Of a DNA stretch of 64,000 bases, positions 1-8,227 are shown piece after piece. Made by a program: the position numbers and the translations under genes. Origin of the DNA: a bacterium (GTDB lineage: Bacteria > Patescibacteriota > Minisyncoccia > JAHIHE01); the NCBI GenBank assembly GCA_030693205.1, contig JAUYBG010000011.1, forward strand, positions 56,793-120,792, in the 5' to 3' direction. Numbering within the stretch: position 1 is the first letter of the stretch; each line of letters opens with the position of its first letter. Below the pieces are notes generated by a model. It was not told the origin of the DNA. It did no database searches and saw nothing but the letters and a program-made list of their open reading frames with translations.

Positions 1-81
1 TGCAGTAAGCATCAAAGAAAGATTGCCACGGCGGTCAAAAGAGCCAGAACCATGGCGCTCTTATCGCCTTCCTATAAGTAA
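1..81 (+). CDS. rpsR: 30S ribosomal protein S18, C-terminal part (5' end outside window)
   Basis: Frame 1 translates CSKHQRKIATAVKRARTMALLSPSYK*, matching the S18 C-terminal motif C.KHQR....AIKRAR..ALL; missed by the ORF track. Confidence 0.93.
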   Translation, partial: CSKHQRKIATAVKRARTMALLSPSYK

Positions 82-93
82 AAAGTACATACT

Positions 94-124
94 AAATAAC
101 CCTCCTGGAAATGGAGGGTTATTT
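94..124. terminator. Bidirectional intrinsic terminator between convergent rpsR and recA
   Basis: aaataaccctcc-N7-ggagggttattt perfect 12-bp stem with A/T-rich ends. Confidence 0.85.
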
Positions 125-140
125 TTAATCTTATTTTCTA

Positions 141-1190
141 TTATTTTGCCGCAAGCGCTATTTTCGCTTTTATCTGTTTCTGGATCTCCGGAGCTACTTT
201 CGGATTCTCTTCCAAATATTTCTTGCTCGCTTCCATTCCCTGTCCCATTTTTTGTCCGTCAAAGGAGAACCAAGTGCCGGCTTTCTGGACTACGCCATAT
301 TTAACTCCGGTAACGATCAAATCGGACAACCTGGAAATTCCCTGGTTGTAAATAATATCGAATTCCGCTATCTGAAAAGGAGGAGCGACTTTATTTTTCA
401 CGATTTTGGCGATCGTGTGATTTCCTATGACCCGATCCCCTTCCTTGATCTGCTCTTTTCTCCTGACATCAATTCTGACTGAAGCGTAGAATTTCAGCGC
501 ATTGCCTCCGGTCGTCGTTTCCGGATTGCCGAACATCACGCCTATTTTCATTCTCAATTGATTGATAAAAATAACCGTGGTATTGGTCCGAGAAATTGCT
601 CCGGTTAATTTTCTCAAAGCCTGGCTCATTAGCCGCGCCTGAAGACCCATATGGGAATCTCCCATCTCGCCTTCAATTTCCGCTTTCGGAGTCAAAGCCG
701 CCACCGAATCAACCACGATCACATCAATACTGTTCGAACGCACCAGCGCTTCAACTATTTCCAAAGCCTGCTCGCCATTATCAGGCTGAGAAATAAACAA
801 ATCATTTATTTTTACACCGATTTTTTTCGCGTATTCCGGATCAAGCGCATGCTCAGCGTCGATAAAAGCCGCCAAACCGCCGCGTTTTTGAGCCTCAGAC
901 ACAATATGGAGAGCTAAGGTAGTTTTACCGCTGGATTCTGGGCCAAAAATTTCAATCACCCTTCCTTTAGGCACTCCGCCTATCCCCAAAGCGATATCAA
1001 GAGAGATCGATCCGGTAGGGATCGCTTCCACGTTCATTTTCCGCGCTTCCCCCAATTTCATAATAGATCCTTCCCCGAATCTTTTCCTGATATCTTCCGC
1101 CGCTGTTTCAGCCAGCTTATTTTTGGGATTTGTCTCCACTTTTGCCTTTTTTACATCCTTCTCCTTTTCCTTTTCTTTAACTATGACCAT
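141..1190 (-). CDS. recA: Recombinase RecA
   Basis: GPESSGKTT Walker [40 protein letters not shown] signature. Confidence 0.99.
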   Translation of the reverse strand: MVIVKEKEKEKDVKKAKVETNPKNKLAETAAEDIRKRFGEGSIMKLGEARKMNVEAIPTGSISLDIALGIGGVPKGRVIEIFGPESSGKTTLALHIVSEAQKRGGLAAFIDAEHALDPEYAKKIGVKINDLFISQPDNGEQALEIVEALVRSNSIDVIVVDSVAALTPKAEIEGEMGDSHMGLQARLMSQALRKLTGAISRTNTTVIFINQLRMKIGVMFGNPETTTGGNALKFYASVRIDVRRKEQIKEGDRVIGNHTIAKIVKNKVAPPFQIAEFDIIYNQGISRLSDLIVTGVKYGVVQKAGTWFSFDGQKMGQGMEASKKYLEENPKVAPEIQKQIKAKIALAAK

Positions 1191-1200
1191 GGTATTTTAA

Positions 1201-1938
1201 TTATTTTATTAAAGCTTGAGTTTGTTTGTACTGATACAATAAATTGGTTTCGGCCGCTTTTTTATTTTCTGCTTTTAAAACCACTGTCCTCGTAATTTCG
1301 CTTATTTTTTTAAATCTATTGGTTGCCGAGATCTTAATTATATTAGAACCCGGGGTCAGACTGATCTCTTCCAAGATTTTTCCGTCTTTTAGTCCTATCG
1401 CCTCTCCATTAATATAAACAACGGAATCAGGATCGCCAACCGAGCCTTTGACCAATACAGGCGTAAAATCCACAACGAGCTCGTCGGTGGGAAAATCTAT
1501 CAAAAGCTCCGGTCCTTTGAAAATCGCGCTGACCTGATAGCCGAAAAAAACCACAAAAGAAACCAAAATAATGCTTACGGCTAAAGCGGTAATGGTGCGG
1601 GGAGTGATGATAAAAGTCGGGGCATAGTTTAAATTAATGGAAGAATGATTATTTTTATCAATATTCCGCCTAATGCACTCTTCTTTTTTATAAAGCCTGA
1701 GAAAGCCCTTTACATCAACGCCGTAAAAATCGGCTATTTTTTTTAAAAAATCTTTCACATAAATTTCCGCCGGCATCTTATCAAGCCTTCCATCTTCCAA
1801 ATAAACCAAATATTTCTTGGTAATCTTGGTTTTATCGGCAAGATTATCCAAGTCTATTTTTTGGGCAGTTCTAATTTCTATTAATTTTTCGGAAAGAGTA
1901 TCAGACCCTTTCACTTTTTTTGTTGTAAACCAAGACAC
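1201..1938 (-). CDS. RodZ-like protein: N-terminal HTH, one TM helix, C-terminal Ig-like domain
   Basis: HTH with YLVYLEDG..DKMPAEIYVKDFLKKIADFYG; TM at ITALAVSIILVSFVVFFGY; beta-rich C-terminus; downstream of ftsK; GTG start. Confidence 0.75.
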   Translation of the reverse strand: MSWFTTKKVKGSDTLSEKLIEIRTAQKIDLDNLADKTKITKKYLVYLEDGRLDKMPAEIYVKDFLKKIADFYGVDVKGFLRLYKKEECIRRNIDKNNHSSINLNYAPTFIITPRTITALAVSIILVSFVVFFGYQVSAIFKGPELLIDFPTDELVVDFTPVLVKGSVGDPDSVVYINGEAIGLKDGKILEEISLTPGSNIIKISATNRFKKISEITRTVVLKAENKKAAETNLLYQYKQTQALIK

Positions 1939-1946
1939 GGTTATTT

Positions 1947-2050
1947 AATTTTCAAGCACCAATTTTCAATTTTCAAAAAAACTTAAACTGTCGTTTGAAA
2001 ATTTAAAAATTGAGATTTGATTGAAAATTGAGATTTGTAAATTGAAAATT
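1947..2050. repeat. Imperfect palindrome built from degenerate heptamers (AATTTTC left arm, GAAAATT right arm)
   Basis: aattttcaagcaccaattttcaattttcaaa ... tttgaaaatttaaaaattgagatttgattgaaaattgagatttgtaaattgaaaatt. Confidence 0.7.
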
Positions 2051-2076
2051 TTAAAACCAAAACTTACTATTTATTT

Positions 2077-4386
2077 CTACCTTTTCTCCATATCCACTTC
2101 TCTATCGTTTCTGAATTCCGTATTCAAACCATCGCTCGCCGCGCTTTCCGCGACCAATATCGTCCGAGGCTTTGCGCCATCAGAAGGCCCTATGATCCCC
2201 TGCTCTTCCAGAAGATCAAGAAGCCTCGCCGCTCTGGCATATCCCACGCGAAAACGCCTTTGCAAAAGAGACGCTGAAGCTTTTTTTGACCTGATCACCA
2301 TTTCTTTGGCCTGCTCATAAAGCTCATCCTCTCCGGCATCATTATTGCTCAAAGAAAAATCAACACTTGAAGCCGGAGCCTTGGCAATGACGCTTTCATC
2401 GAGCATTTGCGCGCCTTCTTTGTAATTCTCTTTGAGCCATTTTACCACTTTTTTAACCTCGTTCTCGGAAACAAAACAGCCTTGCAGACGCTTAGGCTTG
2501 GCCGTACCTGTCGCCAAATAAAGCATATCCCCCCGGCCTAAAAGTTTTTCCGCGCCGCTATGATCCAAAATCGTCCTGGAATCGATCAAGCTCGCTACCC
2601 GAAAAGCGATGCGAGCCGTAATGTTGGCTTTAATCAAGCCAGTAATGACATTAACTGATGGTCTTTGGGTTGAAATAACTAAATGAATTCCCACGGCTCT
2701 CGACATTTGAGCCAAACGCACGACCGCCGCTTCCACTTCGCGGGGAAAAGTCGCCATCAGATCCGCCAATTCATCAATGATCACTACGATATAAGGCAAA
2801 GGTTCTTTATCCTCAGATTTGGAAGCGATCATTTTTTTATTATAGGAATCGATGTCGCGGCTGCCAACTTCAGCAAGCACAATATACCGCCTCTCCATTT
2901 CCGAGACCACCCATTTCAAAACCCCCACCGCTTTTTCATTCTCCACGATCACCGGCGTCAGGAGATGAGGAATACTATTATACAAAGTCAATTCCACTCT
3001 TTTCGGATCAATCATTATAAGCTTCAGGGCATCAGGAGAATTATTATAGATCAAACTCATTATCAAATTATTAACAAAGATTGTTTTTCCGCTTCCGGTA
3101 GAACCGGCGATCAATAAATGCGGCAAGCCGCCAAGATCAACCCAGTGCGGATTTCCGGAAACATCCAAACCCATCGCCACTTTAAGCGAGGCAAAATAAT
3201 CATTTTTATAAAAATTGGAAAACGTTTCCAAAAGATTCCTAAGCCGGACGATGGCGGCGGACACATTGGGAATTTCTATTCCCACCAGGGATTTACCCGG
3301 AATCGGAGCTTCGATCCTAATGGAACTCGCGGCCAGGCTTAACGCCAGATCGTTTTGCAAAGCGGTGATCTTACTAAGCTTCACTCCCACTGACGGCTTA
3401 AAAGTGTATTGGCTTACAGTCGGCCCGATAAACACTTTTCCCATTTCTACTTCAATGCCAAAGTTTGATAAAGTTTTTTCGATGATCGAAGCATTGCCGT
3501 CAATATCGCCGCTATCAGCGCTGGTAAAATCGCTTTCCAAAAGATCCAATGGGAATTTGCTCCACTGAACCATTATTCTAGCTTTTTTCTTAGCCATTTT
3601 TTCCGAATAGGCAAAACTTTCCGCGCCAATATTCTTTTCCTGCTCATTCGCTTCCCCATTTTCTTTATCTTCAAGCGATTTTATTTTAAAAGAAGGCGCC
3701 AAACCATTTTTTTTGGCGTTTTCTTTTTCAAGCGCGGAAATATTATCTCTATAATTTTCTTCCTCTACTTTCGTTCTCTTGTTTTTCTTAGTTTGAGAAA
3801 TGAAACTGTAATAGCTATAAAAAGCTTTAATATTATAAACGATCCTGCTTAAAAAAGATTCAAGGGAAATATTAAAAATAAAAAGCGTTAAAATAATAAT
3901 CGCCATTATTAATATGACGCTGGCTACCGCCGGACCGGTAAAAGAAGTTAAAATAATGGAAAAAATCAAACCAAGATAACCGCCGCCGCCATAATTTACG
4001 GCAACGGATCGGAAATCATGCGGGAAAAACAGCAGGTTTACCAAAGCTAAAAAACTCAAAAGCACTACGGTAAAAGCTATAAGCATAACCGGAGAATAAT
4101 TAAAACGCCGCATCTGGCTATTATTATCGGCGGTTTTGGCAATAAGAGAAAGTCCGCCAAGAAACAAAAATACGGGCGCCAGGATAAATAAATGCCCGAA
4201 AAGCAGCCTTATCAACGAATGAATTCTTGCGCTGAACGGATCGTTAACCCCTATCAATCCCATAATACTGATCACGCCCAAAGCAAAGAAAATAATCGCT
4301 AAAATGTTGTATTTAAGCCCTTTTGAAGCATAATTTCGCTTGGAATAATTCTGGCTATTGTTGTTTTTCCTTTTATTTCTCGCCAT
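2077..4386 (-). CDS. ftsK: DNA translocase FtsK/SpoIIIE
   Basis: N-terminal multi-TM region, PHLLIAGSTGSGKT, IIDELADLM, STQRPSV, C-terminal gamma domain ASASLLQRRFRVGYARAARL. Confidence 0.98.
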   Translation of the reverse strand: MARNKRKNNNSQNYSKRNYASKGLKYNILAIIFFALGVISIMGLIGVNDPFSARIHSLIRLLFGHLFILAPVFLFLGGLSLIAKTADNNSQMRRFNYSPVMLIAFTVVLLSFLALVNLLFFPHDFRSVAVNYGGGGYLGLIFSIILTSFTGPAVASVILIMAIIILTLFIFNISLESFLSRIVYNIKAFYSYYSFISQTKKNKRTKVEEENYRDNISALEKENAKKNGLAPSFKIKSLEDKENGEANEQEKNIGAESFAYSEKMAKKKARIMVQWSKFPLDLLESDFTSADSGDIDGNASIIEKTLSNFGIEVEMGKVFIGPTVSQYTFKPSVGVKLSKITALQNDLALSLAASSIRIEAPIPGKSLVGIEIPNVSAAIVRLRNLLETFSNFYKNDYFASLKVAMGLDVSGNPHWVDLGGLPHLLIAGSTGSGKTIFVNNLIMSLIYNNSPDALKLIMIDPKRVELTLYNSIPHLLTPVIVENEKAVGVLKWVVSEMERRYIVLAEVGSRDIDSYNKKMIASKSEDKEPLPYIVVIIDELADLMATFPREVEAAVVRLAQMSRAVGIHLVISTQRPSVNVITGLIKANITARIAFRVASLIDSRTILDHSGAEKLLGRGDMLYLATGTAKPKRLQGCFVSENEVKKVVKWLKENYKEGAQMLDESVIAKAPASSVDFSLSNNDAGEDELYEQAKEMVIRSKKASASLLQRRFRVGYARAARLLDLLEEQGIIGPSDGAKPRTILVAESAASDGLNTEFRNDREVDMEKR

Positions 4387-4481
4387 AGATAGCTTTTTAA
4401 AAAACTATAAACTACCAATTATCGCCTGCTAATTGTCTTTCTATTATACTACTTTTAAAGAAAAAATCAAAGAAATTGGAT

Positions 4482-4510
4482 AAAAAAAGCGAATGAATAA
4501 ATCCACTCGC
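4482..4510 (-). terminator. Intrinsic terminator after the radical SAM gene
   Basis: Minus strand gcgagtggat-ttattcattcgc followed by T7. Confidence 0.7.
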
Positions 4511-4525
4511 CTAAACGATTTTATT

Positions 4526-5593
4526 TTACAACAAAGCTTTTGGAGCAAGCAGATGAGTTACGCTCCAGACACATCCCTCGCGCTCGCAGCATTTTTTTAC
4601 TTCGGCATCGCTTTGATAGATAAAAGGCAATCTTTTGCGAATATTTGAATCCCTAAGATCAGATGTCACAAGCCTAGGAATATCCGAACCTTTTATATCG
4701 CTGCATGCTCTCAGTCGAAATGATGTTTTGCCATCTCGCAAAGATTTACCGACTTCCGAACTCACTCGCAAATATGGCAGGCCTAAACCGCCGCAATTTG
4801 CCGAATACGGTTTCGCCGAATCCTTGCAGCTTTCGATAACCATTTTCAAATAGTCTTCGGATGGAATAATTTGCTTTGGATATTCCCTTTTAAGTTTGCG
4901 AATTTCCATTATCGATCTTTCTATGGTCTTCCTGTCGTTTTTTACAGCAGCAAGTCCGACTACTGGAGAACGAAAAGTGAACTCCAAACCCGAATCATAT
5001 TTTTCCCGCTTATAAATAAGCGGGCACAAACTGAAAGATCCTCCCGTCTTTGCGACTTTAAGAGCAATTTCGGCAAGATTCGCGCCGTTTATTTTATTTA
5101 CCGCGCAATTCGCTCTTACCCAGCAATGTTCGCTAAATTCCTCAAGCGCTTTCCAGCCGGCAATGCTTTTTTTTACCATTCCCGTATCTATTCCGGCACT
5201 TAGCAATTCATCGCATTGTTCGAGCGTATAATTTATACTCACTGCCAAACCGCCTTTTTCTTGGGAAAGTTCCGGTTTGATCCTTTGCAGAGCATCGCGC
5301 GATATCGCATTAGTAAGAATGGCAAATCTTTTTATTTCTTTTTGCCGATTTAAATACTCAAGCGCCGCCGGAAGATCCCTATACAGCAAAGGTTCTCCGC
5401 CAATGAATTCCAAATTTTGGACGCCGGCGCATATCAGATCGTCTATGCAGCTAATAACAAATTCTATTTTAGGATGTTGGTAGCCTGCCGTGATTTTATT
5501 TCTAACCTGGCACCCTTCGCATTCCAAATTGCAATCGGTTATCAATTCCCATTGGCAAAATTTAAACTTGGCTTGAATATTATTTTTTTCCAT
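4526..5593 (-). CDS. Radical SAM enzyme with Cys-rich C-terminal (SPASM/twitch-like) extension
   Basis: CNLECEGC (CX3CX2C), GGEPLL, ILTNA; additional Cys in ANCGG, RACSD, KCCEREGCVW; SD GAGGTG at 5599-5604. Confidence 0.9.
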   Translation of the reverse strand: MEKNNIQAKFKFCQWELITDCNLECEGCQVRNKITAGYQHPKIEFVISCIDDLICAGVQNLEFIGGEPLLYRDLPAALEYLNRQKEIKRFAILTNAISRDALQRIKPELSQEKGGLAVSINYTLEQCDELLSAGIDTGMVKKSIAGWKALEEFSEHCWVRANCAVNKINGANLAEIALKVAKTGGSFSLCPLIYKREKYDSGLEFTFRSPVVGLAAVKNDRKTIERSIMEIRKLKREYPKQIIPSEDYLKMVIESCKDSAKPYSANCGGLGLPYLRVSSEVGKSLRDGKTSFRLRACSDIKGSDIPRLVTSDLRDSNIRKRLPFIYQSDAEVKKCCEREGCVWSVTHLLAPKALL

Positions 5594-5612
5594 TAATTCA
5601 CCTCGTCATATA

Positions 5613-6269
5613 TCACAACAAATTTCCTTTACTGGTTATTCCCATCCATCTATCGCCGGCATCGCCTACGACCGGCTTGCCTGAATCAAGATAAATCACG
5701 TATCCCTTTTCATTTAAACCGATGTTTGTCCCGGTAAAACCGACAATATTTTTTACATCCGGATGGTTATCCCGAAGTGCCTTTAATCCATCCTTTGATG
5801 CAACTCCGAATATACAGGTTATATCTTTAAATCCGCGTTTTTTAAGCTCTTGGATCGTCATGATACTGCTTGTAGCAGTGGCACACATCGGATCCAGGAT
5901 TAAGACCGGCATACCGCGAGGAATTTCACGCGGCAAATTGCAGTTTAGCATTTCAGCCTGTATGGATATTTCATTCCGAAAAGTCCACACCATAAATACG
6001 GGCATCTCATACCTTAATAGCCTCTCTTTCATGGCTAGTAATCCGGCATTAGCAGCTCTCAAAATTATTACGAGCCCCACATTATCCTTATTACCGTTCA
6101 AACTCCTGAAATAGACTGATAATAATCTTTTGTATATAATTTCCCACTGCTGCCGAAATTTAGCAGTTGAAAGATTTAAGTCGGGATGCATTCTATCTAC
6201 CGCTATATTTATCTGTGCGTTCTGTACATATTCCACGTTCGGAAATTCTTCTCCGTTTATTTCTAACAA
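5613..6269 (-). CDS. Uracil phosphoribosyltransferase-like protein (atypical)
   Basis: IILRAA, PRPP loop ILDPMCATATS, LNEKGY...GDAGDR tail typical of Upp; TTG start with SD AGGAGATGA at 6276-6284. Confidence 0.85.
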   Translation of the reverse strand: MLEINGEEFPNVEYVQNAQINIAVDRMHPDLNLSTAKFRQQWEIIYKRLLSVYFRSLNGNKDNVGLVIILRAANAGLLAMKERLLRYEMPVFMVWTFRNEISIQAEMLNCNLPREIPRGMPVLILDPMCATATSSIMTIQELKKRGFKDITCIFGVASKDGLKALRDNHPDVKNIVGFTGTNIGLNEKGYVIYLDSGKPVVGDAGDRWMGITSKGNLL

Positions 6270-6346
6270 ATTTCATCATCTCCTGTTTTTTTCAATTTTA
6301 AGAGAACAATCATATTGTCCCCCTTTATGCAAATTTGCACCTGTAT

Positions 6347-6418
6347 AAATCTAACAGATAAGGAAAAATTGTCAAATATTCTAATTTACATTGACAAATT
6401 CCACTATAAATGTAGAAT
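6347..6418. promoter_or_regulatory. Back-to-back sigma70-type promoters for the upp-like/radical SAM operon (-) and pyrI (+)
   Basis: Minus: TTGACA-N16-TAGATT with extended TG; plus: TTGACA(6391-6396)-N16-TAGAAT(6413-6418). Confidence 0.7.
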
Positions 6419-6446
6419 ACGGCTAGTACATTTTTATGGAGGGCTC

Positions 6447-6954
6447 ATGCAAACAGAAGAAACAAAGGAAAAAAAGGAAGGAAGGAGAATAGCAAAAATT
6501 GAAAAAGGAACGGTCGTTGACCGCATTTCTCCGGGACACGCGCTAAAAGTCCTTGAAATTCTGGGCATTCTGTCCAACATCAGCGCAAAAGTAAGTTTCG
6601 TAATGAATATTCCAAGCTTAAAACTGGAAGGCGGAAAAAAAGACATAGTAAAGATCGAAAAACGGGAACTTACGGAAAATGAAACCGATAAAATTGCAAT
6701 AATTTCTCCCCATGCCACGATAAACATAATTAGGGATTATAAAGTGGTTGAAAAATATCAGGTTAGTTTACCGGATGAAATAATCGGCATCGTCAAATGC
6801 TCGCGGACTACCTGCATTACCAATAATCCCAAAGAAGCAGGGGGTCGTCGAAACAAAATTCGCCGTGATCGAACGAGATCCGGTCACACTGGAATGCCAC
6901 CATTGCGAGACGCAAATAAGCGGAGATGATATACCAAAATGTATAAAATGTTAA
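6447..6954 (+). pseudogene. pyrI: Aspartate carbamoyltransferase regulatory chain PyrI, frameshifted at a G5 run (6840-6844)
   Basis: SD GGAGG 6438-6442, ATG 6447; KIEKGTVVDRI, KKDIVKIE, IAIISPHATINIIRDYKVVEK, CSRTTCITN; removing one G restores ETKFAVIERDPVTLECHHCE..* (stop 6952-6954) with the second Zn Cys pair. Confidence 0.88.
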
Positions 6955-6980
6955 TTCTTGCTTTTAGCAAGAATTTTTTT
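6953..6980 (+). terminator. Intrinsic terminator of pyrI
   Basis: aattcttgct-ttt-agcaagaatt followed by a T run, immediately after the restored stop. Confidence 0.8.
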
Positions 6981-6989
6981 ATTAAAAAT

Positions 6990-7014
6990 AAAAAAAGAAG
7001 GGGTTTAATCCTTC
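6990..7014 (-). terminator. Intrinsic terminator, copy 1 of a repeated hairpin
   Basis: aaaaaaagaaggggtttaatccttc; near-identical to 7692-7715. Confidence 0.75.
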
Positions 7015-7025
7015 AAAAATTTCTT

Positions 7026-7223
7026 TTAGTCGTTCCAAACTTTTGGATTCGGGCATTCCGGATTCGGGCATTGATTATTATTGACAAATTCTTCATAAAG
7101 AGCGATGTGTCCGCACTGCCAGCAATAATCCATTCCAGGCGGACAAATTTTACCATTCGGCACACCTCGAATTAAAACCTCTCTTGGTCTATTTAACCAC
7201 TCTAACGACTCTTCTTCCACCAT
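7026..7223 (-). CDS. Small Cys-rich putative zinc-ribbon protein
   Basis: CWQC ... CPNPEC; SD AGGAGG at 7229-7234. Confidence 0.7.
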   Translation of the reverse strand: MVEEESLEWLNRPREVLIRGVPNGKICPPGMDYCWQCGHIALYEEFVNNNQCPNPECPNPKVWND

Positions 7224-7234
7224 TCATCCCTCCT

Positions 7235-7627
7235 TTACCTTCCGTATAATATCACTAGCCTTGTCAGCTCCTGGATAATTTCTTTTTCACCCAATTGTTC
7301 AATCGTTGGTATAAATTTTTCCGGCGACACGGTCGCAGAAGTTTTTACCAGACCATCGAGGCATGTCGCCAGATTGATTCTATTGCCATCTCCCTGTCGA
7401 AGAAAAGCACTATTGCCAGTCTGACTGCGGACTTTAACATTGCCATTGGACCAATCCCAGTGGCATTCCGCGTCTGGAAGTATTGTTATCCAAGAATATT
7501 CGCTTTCGCCGTCTTTCGCAAGAAAAACATTTTTCTTGTTTATCCTTGCCAACAATTCTCCTACCGAAGCGGTTTTACTTAATAAAATACCGCCGGGCAG
7601 CTGAATCACGTTTATTGCTTTTGCCAA
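7235..7627 (-). CDS. Hypothetical protein
   Basis: 130-aa ORF, TTG start with SD AGGAGG at 7636-7641 and its own promoter upstream. Confidence 0.75.
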   Translation of the reverse strand: MAKAINVIQLPGGILLSKTASVGELLARINKKNVFLAKDGESEYSWITILPDAECHWDWSNGNVKVRSQTGNSAFLRQGDGNRINLATCLDGLVKTSATVSPEKFIPTIEQLGEKEIIQELTRLVILYGR

Positions 7628-7662
7628 ATTTTATTCCTCCTGTATATTTAACTATTTTAACA

Positions 7663-7715
7663 ATCCTAACATAAGTGAGGGTTTTGTCAATAAAAAAGAA
7701 GGGTTTTAGTCCTTC
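7663..7715 (-). promoter_or_regulatory. Terminator hairpin (copy 2) fused to a promoter TTGACA-N16-TAGGAT
   Basis: Minus: gaaggactaaaacccttc-tttttta-TTGACA-aaaccctcacttatgt-TAGGAT. Confidence 0.72.
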
Positions 7716-7723
7716 AATATTTT

Positions 7724-8107
7724 TTACAAATTTGGCTGGCGGTTGAATTCCATCTCGCCTGTTTCGGAAAGCTGGAAAATCTTATCCATCTGTAAATACA
7801 TGATCTGACTTATATTTATCCATTTGTCGAAAACAATCGTTTCCGGAGGCATGCCTGCGATCACTGTTTCACAATCAATAATGAACCTCCTGTCATTATT
7901 ACTCCAATTACGCGCACTAACGCTTTTGATTTGAAAAGATACGCCTTTTAGTCTTTTTGGCACAGGATTTTTACCGATTACAATTGGCTTTCCAGCTATC
8001 CATTCATATTTTTCTTTCGCGCCTTCTTTTTTACCATTAATCCGAATTATGATGTAGCCCATAATGACAACTGCTACAATCAAAACCGATTCTAAACCGC
8101 TATACAT
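7724..8107 (-). CDS. Hypothetical single-pass membrane protein
   Basis: ATG 8107 after SD AGGAGTTGAT (8111-8120); N-terminal hydrophobic helix SVLIVAVVIMGYIIIRI. Confidence 0.72.
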   Translation of the reverse strand: MYSGLESVLIVAVVIMGYIIIRINGKKEGAKEKYEWIAGKPIVIGKNPVPKRLKGVSFQIKSVSARNWSNNDRRFIIDCETVIAGMPPETIVFDKWINISQIMYLQMDKIFQLSETGEMEFNRQPNL

Positions 8108-8138
8108 TTTATCAACTCCTTTGTTCAAACTGTTTTAA

Positions 8139-8167
8139 AATCATATCACAATTACGGATTTTGTCAA
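8139..8167 (-). promoter_or_regulatory. Promoter TTGACA-N16-TATGAT
   Basis: Minus: ttttttaTTGACAaaatccgtaattgtgaTATGAT, same architecture as 7663-7690. Confidence 0.7.
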
Positions 8168-8227
8168 TAAAAAAGCGGCTAAGAAATTTTTCTCAAATCA
8201 CTAGTTTCACTTTTTTTTAATCATATT

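Noticed and set aside
23-304. 93-aa plus-strand ORF
   Set aside because: Overlaps the real rpsR tail in another frame, runs through a terminator and is antisense to recA
4526-5593. Calling the radical SAM enzyme a prokaryotic viperin
   Set aside because: Lacks the viperin-type N.H...CN..C.FCF context and has extra C-terminal Cys clusters; kept only as an analogy
6315-6446. N-terminal extension of the pyrI ORF given by the ORF track (similarly the 25124, 47129 and 43611 starts)
   Set aside because: These extensions cross promoters or overlap neighbouring genes; homology and SD or leader context favour the downstream starts
6990-8176. Classical integron cassette array
   Set aside because: No IntI and no attC-type RYYYAAC...GTTRRRY bounded sites recognised; cassettes carry their own promoters
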